DNA of 64,000 bases from NCBI GenBank assembly GCA_002269645.1, contig NIVC01000761.1:1-64000 (forward strand), written 5' to 3'. This stretch comes from Macrostomum lignano (taxonomy: Eukaryota). How positions within the stretch are numbered: position 1 is the stretch's first letter; each line of letters starts with the position of its first letter. The notes beneath the pieces are model-generated. The model saw nothing but the letters and a program-made list of their open reading frames with translations. It was not told where the DNA came from and made no database searches. Positions 25,921 through 38,311 of this stretch are shown here, piece after piece. The position numbers were made by a program, and so were the translations under genes.

Positions 25921-28900
25921 TTAATAAACATCGACAATTTCATCTGGGCACCCACACTGCACATCCATTTGTTGGTCCTCAAAATCGGCGCCAGTCCCCG
26001 TGCGCTCGGCGCCGTTTCCGGCGGTGGCGACAGCGGCGGCGGCACGCATGCCGGCCAGGATGAAATGGCGACTGGCAAGGAGAGCTTCGGCCGCGACCTG
26101 GCACGGGCGGGTGCATCGTTGCATGTAAGTTTATGTGTAGCAATTAATTGCTTAGAAAATCATAGTTTAAAATAACTAATGTGGCTGCAAAGTCTCTCAG
26201 CCAATCAGCACGCAACCCGGGAATAAGGGGGCTGGACTGTCAGCTAAGTCTCTCAGCCAATCAGCACGCGACCCAGGAATGGGGGGTTGGACTGACAGAA
26301 AAGTCTCTCAGCCAATCAGCACACGACCTGGGAATGAGGGGGGGCTGGGCTGTCAGTAAAGTCCCTCAGCCAAACAGCACGCGACCCTGGAATTAGGAGT
26401 AACCGACACAAAGGGTGGATTCGAAATTACATTACCCTCGATGGGATTTAGCTACCGTAGAAATCAGAAATCCCTTTTACCCTCAGCTTTCGCTTGGCGT
26501 TGAACTCTTTCAGGGCGTTCTGCGCCGGCTCCAGATGCTCCTCCTTCGTAGCCAGGCCGACCACCCAGGGATGACGGAGGGCCTGAGCGGCCGTGAGGCG
26601 TTTCCGCGGATCGATAGTCAGCAGGCGGCAGACAAAATCCTTGGCATTCTTGGAGATGTCTGACCACCACTGCGGATCGAAGTCGAAGTCGGCGCGAAGG
26701 ATCGCCCGGTACATCTGGCGCTCGTCGTCAGAGTAAAATGGCTCGTAGCCACAGAGCCTGGTTGTGCGAAGAAAAAGGACAATAATTATCTGTATATGCC
26801 ACTAACATAGCAGCTACGCATAATCGACACGCTTAATTTGCGTCCATCACGCTAGGAAGCACTGAATTGTTGTGAGCCCCGTCCTCCGGAGCAACGCCTA
26901 CAGCTTTAACCTGTCGGGAAGCTGCGACCCCCAGGTCCCCAGTCAGAGCTCCCGTCCCGCGCCCTAGGGAGAAGCAGAAAAAAAGGACAGTAACTCGCGA
27001 ACACGAACTTACACACCGTAGCCGATGCAATTCGCCGTGCACTTTTTATGGTAGATCGACGAGTCGTTAATAGCCAACGGAGGCGGACCAACGCGCGCAA
27101 GGGAGGAGTCTGCCCTCCAGACAGCGACTATATATTTTTCATTGGTCCTACGCGTACATGAATATACCTTAAGAACAAATGTACGGTACAGCAGGGGAGG
27201 TGGGGCGGGGTGGCGTGATCGGCGTACGCATTGATTATTGATTGGAGGGGTGGGGCAGACTGGAGGGTTGGGGCGGGGCAGGAGGGCGAGAAAGGGCACG
27301 ATTGCACAACAGAATAAACGTGTCCTCTTCAATGCCCTCTGAGAGTTTTGGTCACTGACACCTGAATGTCAACCATCGAGACAAAAATGAATCCTCTTGA
27401 GCACTGCCTTCAGACGAGGCAATGATCACGAGTTCTCGGAACGGATCATCTCACATATGGTTCTTTCATTTCGACCCCTGAAACGAAATTACGTCGTGTC
27501 AGCATGTCAAACTCAAGGGTCAAGGTCACGTTGATCGTTGTTTGCACTCCAAATTATAAGTACATGTGTCAGAGAAGCAGATTGCCACTGAGGATCATCC
27601 ACCGTATTCACTGGATCTGGTAACCCATCGATTTATAGTTATACCCTCGCCTGAAGTCTGGTGCTCAAGAGGGATCCATTTTGCCCCAGTAGATGACATT
27701 CAAGCGTCATTGACCAGTAACCTTTAAACACGAACTGTAGTCTCTGAATTTCTCACTGTCAGGCAGTGCATGTACTGTACGTTGGCCCTTATGGACATGA
27801 ATCAACCGAAAACGTGTCAAGTCAAAGCAACCCGCGTTGCTGTTCCGCCCACTGAGCAGAAAAAATGACTCAGACTCACAGGATGAAGGTGACAACTCCA
27901 ACGGACCACATGTCCACGGCGGTGTCGTAGGACTGGCCAAGCAGCAGCTCTGGCGCGCAGTAGCCGGGCGTGCCGCAGACAGTCTGCGTCTGCACATCGG
28001 CGCTGCAGATCTTGCTCAGGCCGAAGTCGGCTGTTCAGGTTGTTGGTGAGTTTTTTTTTAAAGTCTTTGAGCTCGTGTTTTTTTGGCTAGCTGAGTAAAT
28101 TTGGTGGCGATAAGCGAGATTACCAAGAAACGGAAATGAAGGCAAGCCGAGAGGCAACAGGGGAGACAACAAGCGGACGACAATAGTAGCCTATCGACCA
28201 GCGTAGCGCTCTAGCTGATGTGCCAGAGGCCCAGGAGGCTCGATTCCAAGTGCAGTCAACATTAATTTGGGGCTAAATTAAAATCTCGGCTTTGCTCTGC
28301 TCGTGCAATTAACGCCCTTAAGGGGCAGCCATCAAGGCACAGTGAAATGTACATGCCGAACGATAAATAAAGTCAGGGCCGCTGTACACTCCTGTGTGAG
28401 TGTGTGCCTGTGCGTATGACTGCGTACGTATCCGCGCGCTTGTGTGCCTGCTCAGGGGAGTCGGCGGAATGGGCAGCAATGCCTCTCACCGGTTGTGTGA
28501 CAATGTCGCTTAAAGTGCGCCAGGGTGCACACAGCCCCTGTCTCTGACTAAAAAAGAGAGAACAAAAAAACACAAGGGGACAACAGTGGGAACAACAGAG
28601 AAGATTGCAAAGAAGACTAGTGGAGAGATGACTGAGAAACAATACGACTGAGGGAATCCGATGGTCATCCAAGAGTCAGTCAGTGGAACGTACCAATCTT
28701 AATCTTGGCCTCGTCGCTTTCGTTTTCGTAGAGAAGATTCTCAGGCTGAAATTCCAAATCAAGAATTAAATTTTATAAATTCGGCAAATCAATTTAGAAA
28801 ATATATTTCTACGTAGAACAGTACATGTCAACACAATTACCTTGATGTCGCGATGGATAACGTCCATCTCGTGAAGGTGCTTCAGGCCCTCCAGCACCTG

Positions 28901-30153
28901 CCTGACGCATTCGGCAGCATCCATCTCGCTGTAGTAAGTGCGCAAAACGATTCTGAAGAGAGAGGGAGAGAAAAATGTTTGTTTTTCTTAACGCTTAAAT
29001 ACGAAGTTCACGCATTAAAACAAACAAGTAAAAGTTCCGTGACTGAACCTATCAAACAGTTCTCCTCCGGTGACCATCTCGAGAACCATGTAGATCTCTT
29101 TGCGAGTTTCGTAAACTTCTTTGAGTCGAATCTGTTAAATAAAGTTTTTTAATAACATATATCAGACACTAATGCATTTACCGTGAATTTTATAACTGTA
29201 TAATATGCGAAACTATACTTACAATGTGCTCATGATTAACGTGAAGCAGGACTCCGATCTCCGCCGTGACAAACTTTCGTGTAGTCTAAAAATGGATCGG
29301 TTCTTGGATGGGATATCGCATCGGTTTGTTTGGACAGCTACCTGAAAAATTAATAAAATCACACGTGCTCACCCTTTTCGGAAGAACCTTGACAGCCCAA
29401 ATGTCTGAAGAGCCGTGCTTTCGGCATTCGTACACTACAGCCGTGGCGCCCCTGGGGATTTGTTCAAAATTATTGATTCGATTTATTGATTTATTGCTTA
29501 ATGTCAATATTCGTGTTAACACTTTCATTTAAAAAAATAATATTTATTGCAAGAAAGTATTGTAAAAAAATTAATTTATTATGTTAGTAAAGACATATAG
29601 ATATTTATTTAGTTGCTAAATATGATAAGTTAACTGCTGGAAATATTATTACACAATTTTATATATTCTAGATATTATATTTTTTCTTGAGGCCCGAATT
29701 TGGTTGTAAAAATAATTAAAAAGACATAGAATGTTATAATACTAAAACTTATTCATATAAGTCTTCAACTTTGACTAATTATTTACATATTTATAAGTTT
29801 GTCATTACATTACTACTGGGTGGCACTTATCTCATATCTGGCAAAAACTTGAAAAGAAAGTACAATTTTATTACGAGGTACAAAAAGGCTTTATTAAATG
29901 TGGCTTTTAATGGATTCTAACTTATGAGTAGGGTCCTAAGTAGCTGTCTTGGTGGACATTATTAGTAAAATTTATATACTCGAAGTGAAAATTGGATTTC
30001 ACTTAACAGATACTGAGCTTACTTTCTGTTCTCTAACAGTAAAAAATTCGAGCATGACAACACAGCTTACCTCCCGATTTCTCTGCCTAGTTCATAGACA
30101 GACTCAAAAGGAATGACTTTTTCGCTTTGGTCCACCCAGAATTCGCTAGACAT
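25921..30153 (-). CDS. CAMK4: Calcium/calmodulin-dependent protein kinase IV-like; 9 exons: 30153-30071, 29451-29373, 29285-29223, 29131-29049, 28952-28841, 28745-28694, 28030-27880, 26757-26481, 26097-25921 (1077 nt, 358 aa)
   Basis: All introns GT-AG and phase-consistent. Motifs [78 protein letters not shown], and CaM-binding [19 protein letters not shown] are typical of CaMKIV. Confidence 0.93.
26208..26395. repeat. ~57-bp repeat x4 containing AGCCAATCAGC (CCAAT box) in last CAMK4 intron
   Basis: AAGTCTCTCAGCCAATCAGCACGC repeated; the fourth copy is degenerate. Confidence 0.7.
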
Positions 30154-31479
30154 GGCGCTTTTGTAAAATAGAGTTATATAACTAACTATAGTCTATAGCT
30201 CCACCAGTAGCGAAACACCCATTATCTTTCGAAGTTAAAAGACCGATATTTACAATAGCAATATATATTATTGCTTTATTAAAACAATTAAGCTGTATCA
30301 AATGAATGTGTTTTTGGTGTTTAGTTCTTTAGTTATATCTTAGTTTATGCTCTAAAATATTAAGGCAATAAAATTTGTTTTAACTAGCCTGTAATCAAAG
30401 ATACATTTAACTGCGTGCACTGTACATGTCTTAGGGATTCAATAGAAGGAACACTTTTGACCTTTGTATGGCCTGTGTAACAGAGGCAATTATTTATTAT
30501 GTACATGTTTTACACTCGTAATAATTTAACTCGAAGCCTGCATCAGCATACCAAAGCTCAATTATGAAAATTTAGAAACGAATTTTTTCCTAATTCCAAC
30601 AATTTACCAGCTAGAAAGATGATGTTATAATAGATGGATAAATACGCAGATTAACTATATAAACGATATAAGTTGTGCAAAATAGTATGTTTGGAAGTGG
30701 ATGCGCAACTGTACTGTACATGTACACTAAAAAGCTTAATTTTTTGCCTTTAATTTTCTAAGAATTTTTACGGTTTGAAAAAGCTAGTCGGGAGGGTGCG
30801 ATTTTTGAAGCTATGGCCAAATGCATATAACTCTGCCATTATAGCGGTGCCCATCACTGGAATTAATATATTAAATTGTTGAAATGCGGCGTGTCACGCT
30901 TGTGGTTTTAGACAGTAAAGATCTTAAAGATTTAGTGCGATATTGTGCGAATGAAACTTTTCTAGGTACATGTTACAAGATGCATAATACATGTATTAGA
31001 TTGATATGGTAAAAAAGCTTTAGTAAAAGGAAATAAATTCCAATTAGTAATATATTTACAAAAGGCCATTAAACATTTTGATATGCATAAAATGAAGATG
31101 GGGATGTCAACTTAAGCACCGGAATGGAGCCCGAAGTTCAGCTCCGGACCAAACCGACTGCAATCGATAACTTGTCGGCCCAGACGACTAGAATCGCCGA
31201 GACATCTCATCCCAGGCCCTGACTTGGGGTCCCAGGTGATAAAGGGGATAAAATGGGGATCTCATGTCAACTTAAGACTCTAGAATGGAGCTCAAAGCAA
31301 GGCTCCGGATGCTTTTTTTAACGAAATGAAACAGTATGGTTTAAACATGCTCGCAGATGATCCCATGGGTCTCTTTATTCTTGCAGCAGGGCTACTAAGG
31401 TAATAAAAGATTGCTCATGAACGAAATGGATTGTAGTTTCTTTGAACTCTCATGTCGTCCAGCTTATTCTATACTCCAT

Positions 31480-32369
31480 ATTTCAGGACAAAAATGTATT
31501 GTGCCCTTCCAAGGGCGTACTACCGTAATGGGACACTGTGAATGTGAGACATCCCAATCTGGAGATGTTACCTGCTCGGCTTGTCCAACAGACTTGCCTA
31601 TTCAGTTTTGACCATCGGTTCCAATGCGATCTATATGCATCAGGGTCACTCTGCCATTAGAGACCTGAACCTCCTGCACACTATCAGCTGCACAGTTGGT
31701 GTTGGTGCATAGGACGTGCTTTGGTGCCGTAAAAGCAGCGTAGAGACCCTCTAGAGTTGACGGTGCGGTTGAAAACTCCTGCAAGGAGATGCTGAGGATA
31801 CGATTATCCAGAACTCCTATGGGCAGCTCGGTGCTAGTCAGGCAGCTACCGCACGTACGAGTGTAAATTCGCTTAGGCAATGACGCTGCAGCTGCAAATC
31901 TGGCAGAATATCGGCTTCGGATAGCTTCGACAAGTTGATCTACGCTTGCTGATCCAGTCGCCATAGACGTCATCAGGTTTGTCATTGCGGTGTTCACTGC
32001 CCCACCTCTGACCGGCTGAAAGAGCTGGACTTTGCTGCTGATGCAGTGAAACAGTACAACAACAATTGCGTAGCACTGCTGACCATGGTTTTGAAGACCA
32101 AAGACTCTTGAAGACTGAGGCTTGGATCGTGAGCTGCTGCTGGCTGACTGAAACTCCTCTTGCTGGCCGCTAGGCTGTTGCTCAGTAGGCTTTCGCTGCT
32201 GTGGTAAAGCGTTTTCTCTGGCATAAAGTCTGGCAACAAGGCTGCGTGGAAGAGCGAAATCAACAAAGCGAAGGCCGGCACCAGACCTTCGATAGCTACA
32301 TATGTATCTTGGTGGTAAAGCGTAGCAGCCCAGGAGTTTGAGCACTGCCATTACGCTCGTACATGACAA
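31480..32369 (-). pseudogene. USP/peptidase C19-like cysteine protease ORF inside the TIR element (frameshifted)
   Basis: Cys box GLQNHGQQCY (~32069-32100). After a 1-nt shift in the A4 run at 31606-31609 the frame continues to a His-box-like LTFTVSHYGSTPLEGH (31501-31548). Confidence 0.6.
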
Positions 32370-32625
32370 TCGCAGCCTGCAGTCCTACTTCCTGCTTTTG
32401 CTGACGAGCAGTAGCCATGAAGAAGTTGCAATCCTGGATCTCTAAAACCAAAGCGATTGTCCGCTGCTGTCACACACTTTAAGAATCACGCGGTAGGATT
32501 TCGAATTATGGCGCGAGAAAACGACAGCTAGAAAAATCCAAGATGGATGCCACCGACCGAATCGGTTGCTCCAGTTTTCTGGCTGCGTCTCTTGTCGAAA
32601 ATTCCAACACTTCAGGTGGCTCGGA

Positions 32626-32887
32626 CAGTGGCGGATCCAGAGTTTCATTTTGGGGGGAGGGCGGTCCAAGTTTTGGGCGCCAACACGAGTGTAAGGGGCG
32701 GCAATTTTTAAGCTAGGGAGCGCAAAAAATGCGCGTAGGGGGCGAAAAATCAAGCTTAGGGGCGCTAAAAAGGCGTTTGGGGGGCGAAAAATCAAGCTTA
32801 GGGGCGCGAATTTAGGTTTTTTGGGGGGCGCAATATATTCGGTTAAGCTATTTTTGGGGGGGGGGGCCCACCCTAAATCCGCCTCTG
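32626..32887. mobile_element. hAT-type MITE nested in the TIR element
   Basis: Ends CAGTGGCGGATCC...AAATCCGCCTCTG; 8-bp TSD GGCTCGGA at 32618-32625 and 32888-32895. Confidence 0.9.
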
Positions 32888-33760
32888 GGCTCGGAAGTTC
32901 AGATGTGAGCGACTCAAAGTCTCTCCAGGAGTTACCTTCGTAGCTACCTAGAACCTCTTTGACACGAATTTTTTGAATGTAATAATCGGCTTGATTTAGT
33001 TGATACGGACCCACCGAAACATCTATCAGATTCTCTGTGTGAATTCGGGAGAACCCCGAGCTTTTTGGATCCGGCGGGTTGACGGCAATCCATGCCCTTG
33101 TGTTAGCAGGGGGGACACGCGTCAGATCACTTTATACACTGAGACCCCAAGGAAGGGACCCGGATGGGATGTCTCGGCGATTCTAGTCACCTGGTCCGAC
33201 CGGTTATCGATTCCAGTCGGTTTGGTCCTGAGCCTTGCTTTGGGCTCCATTCCAGAGCCTTAAGTTGACATGAGATCCCCATTTTATCCCCTTTATCCCC
33301 TGGGACCCCAAGTAAGGGCCTGGGATGAGATGTCTCGGCGATTCTAGTCGTCTGGGCCGACAAGTTATCGATTGCAGTCGGTTTGGGCCGGAGCTGAACT
33401 TCGGGCTCCATTCCGGTGCTATATTGACATCCCCTTTAATATACATTTAATATAAAAGCAATGTCCTTAATTGGTTGCAGCAAATGACGTATTGACCAGT
33501 GCAGATATTTATATGTACATGCACATGTATGTAAATGTGCTGAACTAAACGACCACAAAAAGACCGTCCATAAAAACTGACAAAATCGAAAAATTAAATA
33601 CGAGGGTACAACAAAAATATCCAGCCTTACTAAACTATACTGAACCTTTAGCTAATGTTCTTACTAGTAGTAAATTACGAGCTATAAGGTAATATATTAA
33701 AAAGAATGATTTTTTTTCATGTACGAGACTGCATGTGATGTACTATAATACTAAGCAAAT

Positions 33761-33968
33761 CAGCGGCAAATTTAAGGCCGGAGGCGGGGCCGGGCAGCCG
33801 CCCCAAAAAATTGACAGAGCATATGGTGCCTAATAAACTGGATTTTAATTCGCCCCAAACGCATTCTTTGCGCCCCTAGCTTAAAAATTGGCGCCCCTTA
33901 TACTTGTGTTGGCGCCCCAAACTTGGACCGCGCCCCCCTCCCTAAATGAAATTCTAGATCGGCCACTA
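33761..33968. mobile_element. Degenerate copy of the same hAT MITE family
   Basis: Shares TGTTGGCGCCCCAAACTTGGACCGC...CTAGATC(G)GCCACT with the 47389 copy; no TSD found. Confidence 0.7.
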
Positions 33969-34931
33969 AAGCCTATAGTTTTGTTGTGATGGGGCTCAAG
34001 GACTCGGTCCTTTCGTGCCCCTTTCCCAGACCCGGGTTCGAGCACTGACCCTGGCTGCGGTCCTCCACTGACACGCGTACGACGCGGTGTCCGTCGGGAC
34101 TAGGCTGCTCGAGCGTACGACGCACGACAGCCTACAGACTCGCGTACGATGCAGAGCTGCTTGGGTTGGGACCGGCGTACGACGCACTTAATCCCTCTAA
34201 GGTGCCTAGTACAGAGGCAGACGCAAATGACTTGCAAATTGGAAGGCTTACAGCCGCGATTTCGGTCGTACAACTCGGGAACAGCGCCGACAGAGCAGTG
34301 GGAGTATCGATACTCTTTAATTGTATTTGTAGGACAATTCGGACACTTAATAGCAACCAACGCTGGCAAAGTCACCGGAGAGCCACGAAGACGACAGTAA
34401 TGGGGTCTCACGGGGGTCCGAATAAATAGGCAGCAAACTGGGGGTTGAGGGCGTGGGATAAAGGCAGAAAAGGGGGCTTAGACAACAGCATGGGACACAC
34501 ATGAGCCGTACCAGCCAATCGCTGGGGCGCAGCACGGCAGACTGGGACTGGCAGCCAATCACGATCTACAGGGGCGGGGCAGCTAGGCTAACAAAATAAT
34601 GGGGCGGGGTCGCACGCAGAGAATGGGGGGTCGCACACAGAGAATGGGGGTTGAATAACAGACGAGGCTTAGGCAGAGAGGGGGGAGGTTCGCACGCGCA
34701 GAAGTGAAGGGGGTGAGTCAGAAAATATCTGAGGAGGGGGGGGGAGAGGCCGGCCAGACTGGCCCGGCGTAGAATAGTGCACTCAACTCAAGTTACAATT
34801 ACACATTCATGACAGTTTTTTGTCACTACACAACAGAGGCCTATTACGTACGCTACATTGTTCATTCCCCTAGCAACTATAATGAGAAACCACCAGGTAC
34901 ACGTCCTTAGGCCATGTAGTAACCGTAGTGT

Positions 34932-35363
34932 TCAGTTGGCGTTTTCGCTCTCAGGCACAATGGGTAGGGATGTTTCGTCCGCTTGGCCTTCACCTTCTTC
35001 TACCGGGTTCGCACTTCGACAAAAAATGTTACGACGAATGGCCACAGCTGCTAGTGCGATCAGGGCTACTATGAGTAAAGTGCACATTAAACCAAAAACC
35101 CATTTAGGTAGAGTAATGGTGTTGCCTGCCGGTATCTGGTGTACAACAGATTGAGTTGGTTTCGGTGTAGTGAAGCTGTAGTTGGCTGTAGACCCCGGAT
35201 CATCTTTGGTCTCTGATGGTCCAGCCATATCGCTATAGTTTCTCTGGCTGGATGCTGGCTGACCAACCAGTAGTGCCAGCATCAGCGCGGCAACGAACCA
35301 GTGCTGAATTAGGCAAAAAAATGATATGAACATAGACTTTGTAATCACTGCCACTGCAGTCAA
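34932..35363 (-). CDS. Orphan small type-I membrane protein (signal peptide, S/T-rich stalk, TM, acidic tail)
   Basis: Single-exon ORF; hydrophobic N-terminus WFVAALMLALLVG, TM WVFGLMCTLLIVALIALAAVAI followed by RR. First ATG at 35333; acceptor TTTAG at 35364-35368. Confidence 0.65.
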   Translation of the reverse strand: MTAVAVITKSMFISFFCLIQHWFVAALMLALLVGQPASSQRNYSDMAGPSETKDDPGSTANYSFTTPKPTQSVVHQIPAGNTITLPKWVFGLMCTLLIVALIALAAVAIRRNIFCRSANPVEEGEGQADETSLPIVPESENAN

Positions 35364-35477
35364 CTAAACAGCAATGAAAGCATTAACTCTGCTCTATCTG
35401 ATTACACACTAGGCTCAAATTGCTTATTGAAAAGTTAAGAGTAGAGAGGCTTGATTTGAGTTTATCTACCTATCCCT

Positions 35478-37560
35478 GAGTGGGCGCCCCGTCTCATGGT
35501 GGGTGTGCCCCTGTATCTTGGTGCAGGGTGCCCCTGTCTCTTGGTGGGCGCCCCTGTCTCTTGGTGGGCGCCCGTCTCTTGGTGGGCGCCCCTGTCTCTT
35601 GGTGCAGGGTGCCCCTGTCTCTTGGTGCAGGGTGCCCCTGTCTCTTGGTGCAGGGTGCCCCTGTCTCTTGGTGGGCGCCCCTGTCTCTTTGTGCAGGGTG
35701 CCCCTGTCTCTTGGTGCAGGGTGCCCCTGTCTCTTGGTGGGCGCCCCTGTCTCTTTGTGCAGGGTGCCCCTGTCTCTTGATGGGCGCCCCTGTCTCTTTG
35801 TGCAGGGTGCCCCTGTCTCTTGATGGGCGCCCCTGTCTCTTTGTGCAGGGTGCCCCTGTCTCTTGGTGGGCGCCCCTGTCTCTTTGTGCAGGGTGCCCCT
35901 GTCTCTTGGTGGGCGCCCCTGTCTCTTTGTGCAGGGTGCCCCTGTCTCTTGGTGGGCGCCCCTGTCTCTTTGTGCAGGGTGCCCCTGTCTCTTGGTGGGC
36001 GCCCCTGTCTCTTTGTGCAGGGTGCCCCTGTCTCTTGGTGGGCGCCCCTGTCTCTTTGTGCAGGGTGCCCCTGTCTCTTGGTGGGCGCCCCTGTCTCTTT
36101 GTGCAGGGTGCCCCTGTCTCTTGGTGGGCGCCCGTGTCTCTTGGTGGGCGCCCGTGTCTCTTGGTGGGCGCCCGTGTCTCTTGGTGGGCGCCCGTGTCTC
36201 TTGGTGGGCGCCCGTGTCTCTTGGTGGGCGCCCCTGTCTCTTTGTGCAGGGTGCCCCTGTCTCTTGATGGGCGCCCCTGTCTCTTTGTGCAGGGTGCCCC
36301 TGTCTCTTGGTGGGCGCCCCTGTCTCTTTGTGCAGGGTGCCCCTGTCTCTTGGTGGGCGCCCCTGTCTCTTTGTGCAGGGTGCCCCTGTCTCTTGGTGGG
36401 CGCCCCTGTCTCTTGGTGCAGGGTGCCCCTGTCTCTTGGTGCAGGGTGCCCCTGTCTCTTGGTGCAGGGTGCCCCTGTCTCTTGGTGGGCGCCCCTGTCT
36501 CTTTGTGCAGGGTGCCCCTGTCTCTTGGTGCAGGGTGCCCCTGTCTCTTGGTGGGCGCCCCTGTCTCTTTGTGCAGGGTGCCCCTGTCTCTTGATGGGCG
36601 CCCCTGTCTCTTTGTGCAGGGTGCCCCTGTCTCTTGATGGGCGCCCCTGTCTCTTTGTGCAGGGTGCCCCTGTCTCTTGGTGGGCGCCCCTGTCTCTTTG
36701 TGCAGGGTGCCCCTGTCTCTTGGTGGGCGCCCCTGTCTCTTTGTGCAGGGTGCCCCTGTCTCTTGGTGGGCGCCCCTGTCTCTTTGTGCAGGGTGCCCCT
36801 GTCTCTTGGTGGGCGCCCCTGTCTCTTTGTGCAGGGTGCCCCTGTCTCTTGGTGGGCGCCCCTGTCTCTTTGTGCAGGGTGCCCCTGTCTCTTGGTGGGC
36901 GCCCCTGTCTCTTTGTGCAGGGTGCCCCTGTCTCTTGGTGGGCGCCCGTGTCTCTTGGTGGGCGCCCGTGTCTCTTGGTGGGCGCCCGTGTCTCTTGGTG
37001 GGCGCCCGTGTCTCTTGGTGGGCGCCCGTGTCTCTTGGTGGGCGCCCCTGTCTCTTTGTGCAGGGTGCCCCTGTCTCTTGATGGGCGCCCCTGTCTCTTT
37101 GTGCAGGGTGCCCCTGTCTCTTGGTGGGCGCCCCTGTCTCTTTGTGCAGGGTGCCCCTGTCTCTTGGTGGGCGCCCCTGTCTCTTTGTGCAGGGTGCCCC
37201 TGTCTCTTGGTGGGCGCCCCTGTCTCTTGGTGCAGGGTGCCCCTGTCTCTTGGTGGGCGCCACTGTCTCTTTGTGCAGGGTGCCCCTGTCTCTTGGTGGG
37301 CGCCCCTGTCTCTTGGTGCAGGGTGCCCCTGTCTCTTGGTGGGCGCCCCTGTCTCTTTGTGCAGGGTGCCCCTGTCTCATGGTGGGTGCCATTGTCTCAT
37401 GGTGGGCGCCCCTGTCTCTTGGTGGGCGCCCCTGTCTCTTGGTGCAGGGTGCCCCTGTCTCATGGTGGGTGCCATTGTCTCATGGTGGGCGCCCCTGTCT
37501 CTTGGTGGGCGCCCCTGTCTCTTCATGGGCGCCCCTGTCTCTTTATGGATGCCCCTTTCT
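35478..37560. repeat. 43-bp dimeric (20+23 bp) GC-rich minisatellite with an 814-bp higher-order duplication
   Basis: Unit TGCCCCTGTCTCTTGGTGGGCGCCCCTGTCTCTTTGTGCAGGG. ORF-track starts recur at 35820/36634, 35863/36677 and 36307/37121. Confidence 0.95.
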
Positions 37561-38311
37561 CTTAGTTACCTAGTCAGCTGCTCTCTAAGTTAGGTAGTTT
37601 GGCTACAAGTTTACTTACGTGGTGGTGTCGTATGTTTCGCATTATTGTCCAAAAATTGTTAAAAAGCCGTTTTATCGTATAAAATATGATAAGTAAGTTC
37701 AGATTTAAAACGAAGCTCATAGTCTTATAGAGTCCCTTATAATATACTGCATAACTCCTTCTGTGTTAGTTCCGTGTGCGTGTACGGTTTTTCCTTGCTG
37801 AAGTGATGACAAGGGTAACAATGTACTCGTACCAGTGTACCAGTGATATGCACAGGCTAAAATTAGAAAAATGTACGATATTGTTTAACTAGCGTAGTGT
37901 ATGGAAAAATGCTACGGTACAACACTGAGACATAACTCATAATAGACACACGATGCAGCGGATCTTGTACTAAAGAGCTAGAAAATATTATCTTATTGCT
38001 TTCAAATTTGATGCTTCGTTCCTTCTAATAGGATTCTTTGTTTATAAATTTAATTATAGCCATGTGACAGTACAACAACAGGCGTGAATACAGGCTTTCA
38101 GCTTAAGAAAAAAGCCAGGAAAAGGGGGGGGGCGGCTAAACAAACCTCTTATTTAGGCAAAATGCAAAATTCAACAAAGTCAAGTGAGCACTTTACCGTA
38201 CGAGCTACGTCTAAAACGAGTCAACGGTGTACGTTAGAGACAAGTGGAACGTTTCCAGTTGTCACCTGCGTGAGATGGGCTGCTTTTTTAAGCACTCTTG
38301 AGTTTGATCTT

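Larger units (their letters stand above)
31100..33434. mobile_element. Putative DNA transposon with ~210-bp terminal inverted repeats (GGGGATGTCAA...TTGACATCCCC)
   Basis: 31100-31309 is the near-exact reverse complement of ~33226-33434. The TIR is built of a ~161-bp subunit that is partly duplicated. No clear TSD and no recognisable transposase. Confidence 0.8.

Noticed and set aside
26820-27340. GC-rich non-repetitive segment with short ORFs in a CAMK4 intron
   Set aside because: No recognisable domain, TIR, LTR or TSD; may be a TE remnant but unsupported.
33996-34770. Cluster of short ORFs and a G-rich tract resembling a retroelement 5' end
   Set aside because: No gag zinc knuckle, endonuclease or RT motifs seen.
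35480-37593. Cys/Pro-rich 385-632 aa ORFs
   Set aside because: Open in several frames on both strands; minisatellite artefact.
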